From a virus (Duplodnaviria; Caudoviricetes), in the IMG/VR virus record IMGVR_UViG_3300016665_000452, positions 1 to 39,193 of that record: DNA of 39,193 nucleotides; one strand, 5' to 3'. Positions within the stretch are counted from its first letter, which is position 1. Every line of letters starts with the position of its first letter. The position numbers and the translations under genes were made by a program. The notes under the pieces are model-generated. The model searched no databases, was not told the origin of the DNA, and saw only the letters and a list, made by a program, of their open reading frames with translations. Below, piece by piece: positions 1 through 9,914 of the stretch.

Positions 1-1765
1 CTTCGACGCCGGCAACCTGCAGCCGGTGGCCGAGGCCATAGCCAAGCGCTATCGCGGCGTGCGCGTGCTGATCTGCGCCGACGACGACTTCGCCACCGAC
101 GGCAACCCTGGCGTGACTGCCGCCAGCTCGGCCGCGCTGGCCGTGGGCGGCGCCTGGATGGCGCCGACCTTCAGCGCAGCCGCCGAGGTGGCCGCGCGCG
201 CCCGCATTGCCGAGGCCGCGCCGCTGCCCGGCAGCCCCACGCTGACGCATGCCGAGAACGACCAGGCCAAGGCGCGTGTGAAGGCGCTGCTGGCCGACTG
301 CGGCAGCACCGGCGCGACCGACTTCAACGACCTGCACCAGCTCGAGGGCCTGCACGTGGTGCGCGCGCAGGTGGAGACCCGCATCCGGCAGCTCGGGTGG
401 CTGCTGCCTGCGGCGGCGCCGGCCGCGCCACCCACCGCGCAGGGGGGAGGGGATGCTGACGCCGGGGCCGACGACATGCGCTCGGTCCAGAGCGTCGATG
501 AGCTGCTCGAGCGCTTCAGCCTGGTCTATGAGCTGCCCGACACCGTCTTCGACGCGCAGGAGAACAAGCTCGTGCCGCTGAGCAGCATGCGCAACCTGTG
601 CACCAGCCGCATGACGCACCGCGCCTGGATGGAGAGCCCGGCCAAGCGCATCGTCCGCCAGGCCGAGGTGGGCTTCGACCCCAGCGGCGAGGACACCAGC
701 CTCAAGTGCAACATGTGGGGCGGCTGGCCCCAGGCGCCGCGAGCGGGCGACTGTGAATGCCTGCTCGAGCTGCTGTACCACCTGTGCAAGCGCGAGCGCA
801 ACGCCGACGAGGTGTACCAGTGGGTGCTGCGGTGGCTGGCCTACCCCATCCAGTACCCGGGCACGAAGATGAAGACCGCGCTGGTCTTCCACGGCCCGCA
901 GGGTTCTGGGAAGAACATGTTCTTCGAGGCCGTCATGGCCATCTACGGCGAGTATGGTCGCATCATCGACCAGGCGGCCGTGGAGGACAAGTTCAACGAT
1001 TGGGCCTCGCGCAAGCTGTTCCTGATCGCCGACGAGGTGGTGGCCCGGGCTGAGCTGTTCCACATCAAGAACAAGCTGAAGGGCCTGGTGACGGGTGACA
1101 CCATCCGCATCAACCCGAAGAACGTGGGCGCATACGAGGAGCGCAACCACGTCAACATGGTCTTCCTCAGCAATGAGGTGATGCCGGCCGTGCTGGAGCG
1201 CGACGACCGCCGCTACCTGGTGGTGTGGACGCCGCCGAAGCTGGACCCTGGCTTCTACGAGCAGGTGCGCATCGAGCTGCAGAACGGTGGCGTGGCTGCG
1301 CTGCACCACCACCTGAAGCAGCTGCCCCTGGGCGACATGAAGCCCTGGACCATGCCGCCGCTGACCGAGGCCAAGCGCGACCTCATCGACGCCAGCATGG
1401 GCAGCAGCGAGCGGTTCTGCCGCGACTGGCTGGAGCGCGTGTTGCCCCTGCCGCTGGGCGCGTGCCGCAGCGAAGACCTGTTCGACGCCTTCAAGTTCTG
1501 GCAGCAGCGCACGGGCAGCAAGGGGCCGAGCATCAACGTCTTCATCGCCGAGCTGACCAAGCGCGCCAACGCTGTCAAGGAACGCAAGCGCCACTACGCC
1601 AGCCACGGCGGCACCACCACGGTGCAGAGCACGATCATCTTCCCCGAGGGCGTGGAGCACACCGCGCTGTCCCTGGCCGAGCTGAGCGACCACGTGCGCA
1701 GCTTTGCCGACGCCGTGCGCAAGTGGCGCGGCGCCACCTACGCCGAGCACGGGGGCGACGAATGA
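1..1765 (+). CDS. DNA primase-helicase (TOPRIM-like N-terminal part plus P-loop NTPase), 5'-truncated by the window edge
   Basis: The frame is open from the window start (FDAGNL...ICADDD and DFNDL, TOPRIM-type). It has Walker A GPQGSGKN, a Walker B-like LIADE, and FLSNE/DDRRY motifs. Confidence 0.85.
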   Translation, partial: FDAGNLQPVAEAIAKRYRGVRVLICADDDFATDGNPGVTAASSAALAVGGAWMAPTFSAAAEVAARARIAEAAPLPGSPTLTHAENDQAKARVKALLADCGSTGATDFNDLHQLEGLHVVRAQVETRIRQLGWLLPAAAPAAPPTAQGGGDADAGADDMRSVQSVDELLERFSLVYELPDTVFDAQENKLVPLSSMRNLCTSRMTHRAWMESPAKRIVRQAEVGFDPSGEDTSLKCNMWGGWPQAPRAGDCECLLELLYHLCKRERNADEVYQWVLRWLAYPIQYPGTKMKTALVFHGPQGSGKNMFFEAVMAIYGEYGRIIDQAAVEDKFNDWASRKLFLIADEVVARAELFHIKNKLKGLVTGDTIRINPKNVGAYEERNHVNMVFLSNEVMPAVLERDDRRYLVVWTPPKLDPGFYEQVRIELQNGGVAALHHHLKQLPLGDMKPWTMPPLTEAKRDLIDASMGSSERFCRDWLERVLPLPLGACRSEDLFDAFKFWQQRTGSKGPSINVFIAELTKRANAVKERKRHYASHGGTTTVQSTIIFPEGVEHTALSLAELSDHVRSFADAVRKWRGATYAEHGGDE

Positions 1766-1794
1766 ACGCCGCGCGCCCACGCCACCACCAGCCC

Positions 1795-1816
1795 AAGCCC
1801 CCACGCGGGGCTTTTT
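1795..1816 (+). terminator. Intrinsic terminator after the primase
   Basis: AAGCCCC-cacgc-GGGGCTT stem-loop running into a T tract. Confidence 0.6.
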
Positions 1817-1823
1817 GCTTGGG

Positions 1824-2122
1824 CTGTGCAGGCTGTGCAGGGGTTTGTGCAGGGTGCCCTGCACGCCAAAAGATCAATCGTGGCAATGGCTTGCGTGTGC
1901 TGTGCAGGGTGTGCAGGGGTCTTACGTGTGCGCGCGCGCACCACACAGCGCCCCGCGCCGCGCCCGCCGCGCCGGCACGGCTGCGCATCAGAGCGAGTTC
2001 TCGCGCGTGTAGTTACACCCTGCACACCCTGCACAGAGTAGGTAAGTCTTTGAGGACATTGAGGTTTTGGCGTGCAGGGGTATGCACAGACCCCTGCACA
2101 GACCCTGCACACCCCTGCACAG
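1824..2122. repeat. Mirror-symmetric TGTGCAGG iteron array; probable replication origin
   Basis: Five TGTGCAGG copies on the left (1825, 1834, 1846, 1901, 1910) face five CCTGCACA copies on the right (2019, 2028, 2093, 2104, 2114). Perfect inverted repeats at 1857-1871/2065-2079 and 1900-1918/2018-2036. Confidence 0.75.
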
Positions 2123-2150
2123 CGCCCACCTGGCGCACTTGGAGCCCCGC

Positions 2151-2960
2151 ATGGCCACCACGCTGAACTTCACGCTGGAAGCTCGCAACCTCGAGCGCGT
2201 GCGCGCCCAGATCGCCCAGCTCGGCCGCGCCGGCTTGGCCGAGGCTTCCGTCAAGGCGGTCAACGACGTGGCCTTCCAGGTGCGCCGCGCCATGCAGGAG
2301 GAGATGCGCACCGTCTTCGACCGGCCCACCCCTTACGTGGTGCAGTCCGTGCGGGTGCAGCAGGCCACTGTGGACCGCCCGGAAGCCCTGATCCTGCCCA
2401 CGTACATGGGCGGCAAGGGGGTGGACCCGCAGAAGGTGCTGCAGGCCCAGGCGCAGGGCGGCAGCCGGCGCGACAAGCGCTCCGAGGTGGCCCTGCGCCG
2501 CGCCGGCGTGCTGCCCTCGGGCTATCAGACCGCCATCCCGCGTGAGCCCTACCCGGGCAGCGACGACGGCCGCGGCAACCTGCGCGGCCCGTTCATCGTG
2601 CAGCTGCTGTCCTACCTGCAGGCCTTCGGCGAGCAGGGCTACCGCGCCAACATGACCGCCCGCCGCCGCGAGCGCCTGGCGCAGCGCGGCACCTCGGCAT
2701 CGGGCGCGGCTCGCATCGGCGGCGTGGTGTTCTTCGTCGCCTATGGTCGCCTGCGCGGCGGCCCCACGGCGCACCTCGAGCCCGGCATCTGGGCCAAGAG
2801 CGGCACGCACGGGGCGGTGCTGCGCCCGGTGGTGCTGTTCGTGCGGCGCGGCAGCTACCAGCGCCGGCTGGACATGCAGGCCATCGCGCGCAAGGTGGAC
2901 GTTCAGCGGCGCTTCGAGAGCCGGCTGCGCTACCGCATCCGCAGCGCGCTGGGGCAGTGA
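2151..2960 (+). CDS. Conserved basic phage protein upstream of the terminase (possibly tail-completion/morphogenesis type)
   Basis: GGAG RBS followed by ATG at 2151; typical codon usage; position before terS. Confidence 0.55.
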   Translation: MATTLNFTLEARNLERVRAQIAQLGRAGLAEASVKAVNDVAFQVRRAMQEEMRTVFDRPTPYVVQSVRVQQATVDRPEALILPTYMGGKGVDPQKVLQAQAQGGSRRDKRSEVALRRAGVLPSGYQTAIPREPYPGSDDGRGNLRGPFIVQLLSYLQAFGEQGYRANMTARRRERLAQRGTSASGAARIGGVVFFVAYGRLRGGPTAHLEPGIWAKSGTHGAVLRPVVLFVRRGSYQRRLDMQAIARKVDVQRRFESRLRYRIRSALGQ

Positions 2961-2961
2961 G

Positions 2962-3468
2962 ATGCAGATTCCCGGCACTGATGGCGAAGTTCCCGAGCTG
3001 CTCACCAAGAGCCAGTTCGCCGACTACCTGGACTGCGCCAAGAGCTACGTCACCAAGCTCGGCAACCAGGGCCGGCTGGTGCTGGCCGAGGACGGCCGTG
3101 TGCGCGTGCGCGAGACGCTGCGCCTGCTTCAGCAGACGACCGGCGCGCCCGAGCGCTCCATGCCAGAGGCGCAGACCCCAGGCTTCACCGACTGGCGTGA
3201 GCGCGCCGAGAAAGCCCGCGCCGAAATGCTGGAGATCGAGCTGGCCGAGCGCCGCGGCACGCTGCTGACGCTGGACACCGTGCGCGCCGCGCTGACCTCG
3301 GCCATCACCACCCTGCGCAGCCGGCTGGAGATGCTGCCCGACCAGGTGGCCTCGCAATGGGCCGCCGCGCGCGACGAGGGCCAGGCCCGCGCCATCCTGG
3401 CCAGCGAGATCGAGACCGCGCTCGCCGAGCTGTCGCAGCAGGCGGCGACGATTGCCCGCAAGGCCTGA
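2962..3468 (+). CDS. terS: Terminase small subunit (Nu1-like)
   Basis: N-terminal winged-HTH-like segment (LTKSQFADYLDCAKSYVTKL) and a coiled coil (RAEKARAEMLEIELAERRGTLL); directly upstream of terL. Confidence 0.8.
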   Translation: MQIPGTDGEVPELLTKSQFADYLDCAKSYVTKLGNQGRLVLAEDGRVRVRETLRLLQQTTGAPERSMPEAQTPGFTDWRERAEKARAEMLEIELAERRGTLLTLDTVRAALTSAITTLRSRLEMLPDQVASQWAAARDEGQARAILASEIETALAELSQQAATIARKA

Positions 3469-3473
3469 GCACC

Positions 3474-5438
3474 ATGGGCGCACGCGACGTCGTCACCACC
3501 GCCCCGCTGGCCGCCGACGGCTACGCCTCGCCGGGCGTGCTGTGGGAGACGCTCTCGCGCGCCCTAGCGCCCCGCAAGCCGCTCACCGTCAGCCAGTGGG
3601 CTGACCTACACCGGCGCTTGAGCAGCAAGGGCAGCAGCCAGCCTGGCCAATGGAGCACCGCGCGCAACCCGCCGCTGCGCGAGCCGATGGACTGCATGAG
3701 CGCGCGCAGCACCACGCGCGACGTCGTGCTGATGTTTCCCATCCAGTTCGGCAAGACCGAGGTGGCCATCAACACCCTGGGCTACGTGATGGACCACCAC
3801 CCCGGCCCGGTCATGGTGACGCTGCCCGGCGAGGCCAGCATGAACGCCTGGATCGCGCAGAAGCTGCAGCCCATGCTGGACGAGAGCCCGCGCGTGCGCG
3901 CCGCCCTCAGCAGCACGGCCAGCCGCGACGGCGCCAACCGGCGCGAGTTCAAGGACTTCAGCGGCGGCCAGCTGTTCGTCGAACACGCAGGCAGCCCGGC
4001 GCGCCTCAAGAGCAAGAGCGTGCGCACGCTGATCGTGGACGAGCTCGACGAGTTCAGCAACGCGCTCAGCAGCGGCGACGACCCCGTCTCCATGTTGGAC
4101 GGCCGCACGAGCGCCTTCCCGGCCACGTACAAGCGCCTGTACATCAGCACGCCCACGCTCAAGGGCATCAGCCGCATCGAGCACCTGTGGGCCAAAAGCG
4201 ACCAGCGGCGGTTTCATGTGCCCTGCCCGCACTGCGGCCACGAGCAGCCGCTGCAGTGGGCCGGGCTGCATTGGGCGCCTGGCGGCAAGGGCGTGCACTA
4301 CGTCTGCGCCGAGTGCGGGGCCATCATCGAGGAGCATCACAAAACCGGCATGATCGCGGCCGGCCGTTGGGTGCCTGGCAACCCCGAAGCGCGCATCCGC
4401 GGCTACCACATCAACGCGCTGTACTACCAGGTGGGCCTTGGCCCGCGCTGGGCCGACTTGGTCGAGATGTGGCTCGACGCCCAGGCCGATCCCGGCCGCC
4501 TCAAGACCTTCGTCAACGACCGCCTGGCCGAGCCCTGGGAAGACCCGGCCATGCGCGCGGTCAAGCACAACGCCATCGCCGACCGCGCCGAGCCCTACGC
4601 GCTGGGCACCGCGCCCGAGGGCGTGCTCGTCGTCACGGCCGGCGTGGACACCCAGGACAACCGCCTGGCCGTGCAGCGCGTGGGCTGGGGCCGCGGCATG
4701 GGCTTCTGGGTGATCGACTACGTGGAGCTGCCCGGCGACCCGGCAGACCCCGCCGTCTGGACCGCGCTCACCGCGCTGCTGCAGCAGCCCATTGCCCACG
4801 CCGGCGGCGGCACATTGCGCGTGCAGGCCGTGGCCATCGACGCAGGCGGCCACCGCACCGAGGCCGTCAAGGACTTCGCGCGCCAGCGCCGCGTCAGCCG
4901 GCCCATGCCCATCTTCGGGGCCGTGCAGAACAACGCACCTCCGCTCAGCAAGCCCAAGGCGCACGACGTCACCTGGCGCGGGCAGACCGACAAGCGCGGC
5001 GTGCTCGTCTACCACGTGGGCACCGTCGCCCTCAAGCACTGGCTGTTCAGCCGCCTGAGCGTGGACGCCGACCGCGAGCGGGCCGACCGCCAGACGCACT
5101 TCAGCGACCAGCTCGAGCCCAGCTTCTTTGCCGGCCTGGTGAGCGAGACCTTCAACCCCGCCCGCAACCGCTTCGAGAAGCGCCGCGGCGCGCGCAACGA
5201 GCCGCTCGACACCTGGGTCTACGCCGCCGCCGCCGCTCATCATCCCGAGCTGCGACTGCACCGCTGGACCCGGGCGCAGTGGGATGCTGCAGAGGCGCGG
5301 CTGCAGGCAAAGCCGACAGCGGCTGTGGCGCCCAGCCCGCCTCCGCAACTGCAGGCGCCAACGGCCGCAGTTCCGGCCGCGCAACCTGCGCGGCGTCTCG
5401 TCCGCCCACCCCTGCCCACAGGACCCCGCCGATGGTGA
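3474..5438 (+). CDS. terL: Terminase large subunit, lambda gpA family
   Basis: VSQWAD, QFGKTE Walker A, LIVDELD Walker B, ISTPT, CPHCG and CAECG Zn motifs, AGVDTQ nuclease motif, RNEPLD. Confidence 0.95.
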   Translation: MGARDVVTTAPLAADGYASPGVLWETLSRALAPRKPLTVSQWADLHRRLSSKGSSQPGQWSTARNPPLREPMDCMSARSTTRDVVLMFPIQFGKTEVAINTLGYVMDHHPGPVMVTLPGEASMNAWIAQKLQPMLDESPRVRAALSSTASRDGANRREFKDFSGGQLFVEHAGSPARLKSKSVRTLIVDELDEFSNALSSGDDPVSMLDGRTSAFPATYKRLYISTPTLKGISRIEHLWAKSDQRRFHVPCPHCGHEQPLQWAGLHWAPGGKGVHYVCAECGAIIEEHHKTGMIAAGRWVPGNPEARIRGYHINALYYQVGLGPRWADLVEMWLDAQADPGRLKTFVNDRLAEPWEDPAMRAVKHNAIADRAEPYALGTAPEGVLVVTAGVDTQDNRLAVQRVGWGRGMGFWVIDYVELPGDPADPAVWTALTALLQQPIAHAGGGTLRVQAVAIDAGGHRTEAVKDFARQRRVSRPMPIFGAVQNNAPPLSKPKAHDVTWRGQTDKRGVLVYHVGTVALKHWLFSRLSVDADRERADRQTHFSDQLEPSFFAGLVSETFNPARNRFEKRRGARNEPLDTWVYAAAAAHHPELRLHRWTRAQWDAAEARLQAKPTAAVAPSPPPQLQAPTAAVPAAQPARRLVRPPLPTGPRRW

Positions 5439-5758
5439 CCCACGCCCCCCACGCCACCCATGCCGACATCGTGCGCGACATGCTCGCGCGGGTGCGCCGC
5501 GCAGAGCGCGCCGCCGGCAAGCAGCTCGACGACCAGCTCGCCCAGCAGGTCGAGCGCGAGATCCGCCAGCACTGGGGCGGCGAGCAGGTGCACGTGCCGC
5601 GCCGCCAGGCTCGCGACGCCCGGGCCGAGCGCAACAGCCGCATCGAGCGCGCCTACCTGCAGGGCGTGCGCCTGGCCGAGATCGCCCGCGCCGAGCAGAT
5701 CACCGAGCGCCAGGTCCTGCGCGTCATCCGCCCGGCCCGCGGGCCGGCCACCAGGTGA
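5432..5758 (+). CDS. Mor/C-family transcription activator
   Basis: 108 aa with WGGEQVHVP followed by RNSRI and a C-terminal HTH (LAEIARAEQITERQVLRVI), the Mu Mor/C layout. Confidence 0.8.
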   Translation: MVTHAPHATHADIVRDMLARVRRAERAAGKQLDDQLAQQVEREIRQHWGGEQVHVPRRQARDARAERNSRIERAYLQGVRLAEIARAEQITERQVLRVIRPARGPATR

Positions 5759-5800
5759 CATCCGCCCCTTGAAATGTCACCCCGCCGCCTGCCCCAATGC
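5754..5800 (+). promoter_or_regulatory. Putative activator-dependent late promoter 1
   Basis: GGTGACAT-N12-ATGTCACC at 5754-5781, CAAT 14 nt downstream, ATG at 5806. Confidence 0.65.
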
Positions 5801-5805
5801 CCACC

Positions 5806-6363
5806 ATGAGCGAGATTCCCACCCAAGAGCCCGCCGTCATCGCCGCGGGCGACACCGCCAAGTGGCGCATCAGCCTGCCCGACTACCCGGCCAGCGCCGG
5901 GTGGACGCTGAGCTACACCCTGGTGCGCGCGGCCACCCGCATCACCTTCAGCGCCAGCGCAGACGGCGACCGCCACCTTGTGAACGTCGCTGCGTCCACC
6001 ACCACGGGCTGGACCGCGGGCGCCTACACCTGGCGCGCGCAAGTCAGCAAGTCGGGCGAGGTCTACACCGTCGGCAGCGGCACGCTCACCGTGCAGCCGA
6101 GCTTCGCCGCCGCCACGGACGCCCGCAGCCACGCCCGCAAGGTGCTGGACGCGATCGAGGCCGTGATCGAAGGCCGCGCCACCAGCGAGGTGGGCGAATA
6201 CCAGATCGCCGGCCGCAGCCTGAAGTACATCCCGCTGCCCGAGCTGCTGAAGCTGCGCGACAGCTACAGCGCCGAGGTGCAGCGCGAGGAGGCCGCGCAG
6301 CGCCTGGCGCGCGGCCTGCCCGACAAGCGCCGCGTGTTCGTGCGCTTCGGCGCCGGCCGCTGA
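5806..6363 (+). CDS. Head-tail joining/head completion protein (gpW-like C-terminus)
   Basis: EYQIAGRSLKY motif; lies between terL and the portal. Confidence 0.65.
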   Translation: MSEIPTQEPAVIAAGDTAKWRISLPDYPASAGWTLSYTLVRAATRITFSASADGDRHLVNVAASTTTGWTAGAYTWRAQVSKSGEVYTVGSGTLTVQPSFAAATDARSHARKVLDAIEAVIEGRATSEVGEYQIAGRSLKYIPLPELLKLRDSYSAEVQREEAAQRLARGLPDKRRVFVRFGAGR

Positions 6364-6374
6364 AGGAGCCATCC

Positions 6375-7913
6375 ATGAGCAGCATCACCACGCGCCTGCG
6401 TCAGCGCGTCGCCAACTTCATCGCCCCCAGGCCGCCGGCCGCGCGGCGCAGCAAGGCTATCAACCTGCGCCGCTTCGACGGCGCCCGGGTCGACCGCCTC
6501 ACCAGCGAGTGGTGGACCACCACCGCCAGCATCAACGAAGAGCTGCGCGCCGACCTCGACCGCCTGCGCGCCCGCGCCCGCGACCTGGCCAAGAACAACG
6601 ACTACGCGCGCAAGTTCGTCGGCATGGCGCAGAACAACATCGTCGGCCCCGAGGGCTTCCGCCTGCAGGCCCGCGTCATGGACGACAACAACCGCCAGGC
6701 GGACGGCCTGGCCAATGACGCCATCGAAGCCGCCTTCCGCGAGTGGTCTGCCGCCTGCGACATCACCGGCACCATGACCCTGGCCGATGTCTGCGAGACG
6801 CTGGTCGGCGCCCTGCCCACCGATGGCGAGATCCTGGTGCGCAAGATCACCGGCCCGGCCGCCGGCAACCGCTTCAACTTCGCGCTCGAGCTCATCGACG
6901 TCGACCGCATCGACACCACCCACACCGAGATGCTGGCCAACGGTGCCCGCGTCATCATGGGCGTGGAGCAAGACGCCACCGGCCGCACCGTCGCGCTGCA
7001 CCTGTACCAGCAGCACCCCAACGACCTGACCGCAGCCACGCAGCGCCGCAAGGTGCGCGTGCCCGTGTCCGAGCTGATCCACCGCTTCCGCGTCGACGTG
7101 CCCGGCCAAGCCCGCGGCGTGCCGTGGATGGCTCCAGGCATGTTGAGCCTGCACCACCTGGGCGGCTTCATGCTCAGCGCGCTGCTCGCCGCCGAGCACG
7201 GGGCCAACCACTACGGCTTCTTCCGCACCCCTGACGGCGCGCCGCCCGTGGGCGACGAGGAAGGCACCGACGGCCAGACCATCCTGACCAGCCAGCCCGG
7301 CACCTTCGACACGCTGCCCCCGGGCGTGGAGTTCACCCCCTTCGACAGCAAGTACCCGGAGCAGAACTTCGGCCCCTTCGTCAAGAGCGTGCTGCAGCGC
7401 ATCGCCAGCGGCTGGCGCGTGGCCTACCACTCCCTGGCCAACGACCTCGAGGGCGTCAACTTCAGCAGCATCCGCAGCGGCACCCTCGAGGAGCGCGACC
7501 GCTGGGCCGCCGATCAGCGCTGGTTCATCGGCGCCTTCCTCGAGCCGCTGTACGCCGCCTGGCTGCAGCAGGCCCTGCTCTCGGGCGCCATCGTGCTGCC
7601 CACGGGCAACGCACTGCCCGCCAGCAAGCTGGCCAAGTTCAGCGCCCACGAGTGGCAGGGCCGCCGCTGGGACTGGGTGGACCCGAAGGCCGACATGGAG
7701 GCCAAGACCCTGGGCGTGCGCGCCGGCCTCATCGCCCCGCAGACCCTGGCCGCGCAGATGGGGCAGGACTTCGAGGACGTGCTCATCCGCATCGCCGAGG
7801 CGCAGCGCCTGGCGCAGCGCTACGGCGTCAACCTGAACGCCTACGCCGGCACGCCGGGCGCCACGCCGGCCGCGGCGCCAGCGCCCGCCCCAGCCGCCGC
7901 AGCGGCCGAGTAG
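6375..7913 (+). CDS. Portal protein, lambda family
   Basis: LRARARDLAKNNDYA, GQARGVPW, VNFSSIR, WDWVDPKAD; AAGGAG RBS. Confidence 0.95.
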   Translation: MSSITTRLRQRVANFIAPRPPAARRSKAINLRRFDGARVDRLTSEWWTTTASINEELRADLDRLRARARDLAKNNDYARKFVGMAQNNIVGPEGFRLQARVMDDNNRQADGLANDAIEAAFREWSAACDITGTMTLADVCETLVGALPTDGEILVRKITGPAAGNRFNFALELIDVDRIDTTHTEMLANGARVIMGVEQDATGRTVALHLYQQHPNDLTAATQRRKVRVPVSELIHRFRVDVPGQARGVPWMAPGMLSLHHLGGFMLSALLAAEHGANHYGFFRTPDGAPPVGDEEGTDGQTILTSQPGTFDTLPPGVEFTPFDSKYPEQNFGPFVKSVLQRIASGWRVAYHSLANDLEGVNFSSIRSGTLEERDRWAADQRWFIGAFLEPLYAAWLQQALLSGAIVLPTGNALPASKLAKFSAHEWQGRRWDWVDPKADMEAKTLGVRAGLIAPQTLAAQMGQDFEDVLIRIAEAQRLAQRYGVNLNAYAGTPGATPAAAPAPAPAAAAAE

Positions 7914-7926
7914 GCGCCGCGCAGCA

Positions 7927-7972
7927 GGTGACATTTGCCCCTGGAAATGTCACCCCCCGGCGCTGTGCAATG
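7927..7972 (+). promoter_or_regulatory. Putative activator-dependent late promoter 2
   Basis: GGTGACAT-N12-ATGTCACC at 7927-7954, CAAT 14 nt downstream, ATG at 7978. Confidence 0.65.
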
Positions 7973-7977
7973 GCGCC

Positions 7978-9903
7978 ATGCCGCACACCGCCGACACCCT
8001 GCCGCAGGCCATCCGTGAGGCCCAGGCCGCCGCACCGCTGAGCCGGGCGCTGCAGTTCGAGCGCGCCGCCATCGACGACGAGAAGCGCACCGCCACCGTC
8101 GCCTTTGCCAGCGAGATGCCTTTCGACCGCTGGTGGGGCCGCGAGATCCTCGACGTCAGCCCCACCGGCATGCGCATGGGCCGCCTGGCCACCGGCGCCA
8201 ATCTGCTGGTCGATCACGACACCCGCGACGTCGTCGGCGTCGTCGAGTCGGTGGAGATCGGCGCCGACCGCGTCGCCCGCGCCGTCGTGCGCTTCGGCCG
8301 CAGCGCCCGCGCCAACGAGGTCTGGGAAGACGTCCGCGACGGCATCCGGCGCAACGTCAGCGTGGGCTACATGATCCACGCCGCCAAGCTGATCGAGACC
8401 GACGACGACGACAACGACACCTATCGCGTCACCGACTGGGAGCCCTACGAGGTCTCCCTCGTCAGCGTGCCCGCAGACCCCAGCGTCGGCGTCGGCCGCA
8501 ACCTGGCCGGCCGCACCGCCCCGGCCCCCGCACCCCTCTCGGCGCCGGCAGCCGCCGACCCGGCCGCGCAAGCGGTCGGCCATCCGCCCGCTGCCGATCG
8601 CGCGGCGCCCGCCGCACTGACCCCCACGCAATCACCCGCTGAAAGGCCCATCATGTCCGACATCCAGGTCACCGAGCGCAACCACGCCGCCGAGATCTCC
8701 CAACTGGCCGCCACCGTGCAGGGCTTCGACGCCCGCGAGCTGGCGCTCAAGTCCATCCAGGCCGGCCACACGGTCGAGCAGTTCCAGGCCGAGGTGCTGC
8801 GCCAGATGGCCAACAAGCCCCTGGCCGCGGACATCAAGCTCAACGAGCGCGAGGCCAAGCAGTACAGCTACGTGCGCGCCATCGCCGCCGCCATGGCCCG
8901 GGCCGAGGGCACCGCCGTCAGCGGCTTCGAGGCCGAGCTGTCGGCCGACCTCGAGCGCCAGCTCCCGGCCAACGCCAAGCGCCACGGCGGCATCTTCGTG
9001 CCCATGCGGCTGGAGCAGCGCGCCGCCATCAGCGAGGCCCTGTACAACGTCAGCACCCAGGGCAGCTCCACGGTCTTCACGCAAGCGGGCGAGTTCATCG
9101 ACCTGCTGCGCAACCAGGCCATCGCAGTGCAGCTCGGCGCCCAGGTCATGGCCGGGCTGACCAGCCCGGTCAGCTTCCCCAAGCAGACCGGCGCCGCCTC
9201 GGCCTACTGGATGCCCGAGAACGACGGCACCGACGTCACCGCCAGCAACGCCACGCTCGGCAGCGTGAGCCTGACGCCCAAGACGCTGCAGGCCACCACG
9301 GCCTTCAGCCGCCAGCTCATGGCGCAGTCCAGCATCGACGTCGAGCAGTTCATCCGCAACGACCTGGCCGCCTCCCACGCGCTGGCCTGGGACCGTGCCG
9401 TGCTGCACGGCTCGGGCTCCAGCAACGAGCCCACGGGCATCTACACCGCCGGCTCCGTCAACAGCATCGCCATGGGCGGCACGCCCAGCTACGGCAAGCT
9501 GATCGACATGGTCACCGAGGTGCTCAAGGACAACGCCCTCATGGGCAACCTTGCCTTCGCCACCACCCCGGGCATGGCTGGCAAGCTGGCGCAGACCGTG
9601 GTCGCTGCCAGCACCGACAGCCGCATGATCTGGACCGGCCAGCTCAACGACGGCCAGGTCGTCGGCTACCGCGCGGTCGCCACCAACCAGGTCAGCGCCA
9701 CGCTGGGCAGCGGCAGCGACCACGGCGTCATCTTCGGCAACTGGGGCGACGTGATGATCGGCACCTGGGGCGCGCTGGAGATCGTGGTCGACCCCTACGC
9801 CCTGAAGAAGCAGGGAATGATCGAGGTGACGAGCTTCCAGCTGGCCGACATCGCCCTGCGCCATCCGCAGAGCTTCTGCAAGGCCACCGGCGCCACGATC
9901 TGA
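7978..9903 (+). CDS. Prohead protease-major capsid protein fusion (HK97 fold)
   Basis: N-terminal protease motifs (LLVDHD, NVSVGY, WEPYEVSLVSVPAD), a Pro/Ala linker, then a capsid domain (GNWGD, VDPY, DIALRHPQSF). Confidence 0.9.
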   Translation: MPHTADTLPQAIREAQAAAPLSRALQFERAAIDDEKRTATVAFASEMPFDRWWGREILDVSPTGMRMGRLATGANLLVDHDTRDVVGVVESVEIGADRVARAVVRFGRSARANEVWEDVRDGIRRNVSVGYMIHAAKLIETDDDDNDTYRVTDWEPYEVSLVSVPADPSVGVGRNLAGRTAPAPAPLSAPAAADPAAQAVGHPPAADRAAPAALTPTQSPAERPIMSDIQVTERNHAAEISQLAATVQGFDARELALKSIQAGHTVEQFQAEVLRQMANKPLAADIKLNEREAKQYSYVRAIAAAMARAEGTAVSGFEAELSADLERQLPANAKRHGGIFVPMRLEQRAAISEALYNVSTQGSSTVFTQAGEFIDLLRNQAIAVQLGAQVMAGLTSPVSFPKQTGAASAYWMPENDGTDVTASNATLGSVSLTPKTLQATTAFSRQLMAQSSIDVEQFIRNDLAASHALAWDRAVLHGSGSSNEPTGIYTAGSVNSIAMGGTPSYGKLIDMVTEVLKDNALMGNLAFATTPGMAGKLAQTVVAASTDSRMIWTGQLNDGQVVGYRAVATNQVSATLGSGSDHGVIFGNWGDVMIGTWGALEIVVDPYALKKQGMIEVTSFQLADIALRHPQSFCKATGATI

Positions 9904-9914
9904 GGCTGACGGCC

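Noticed and set aside
1824-2122. CRISPR array or protein-coding ORFs in the TGTGCAGG region
   Set aside because: The repeats are 8-9 bp, inverted and lack unique spacers; the ORFs are low-complexity translations of the repeats.
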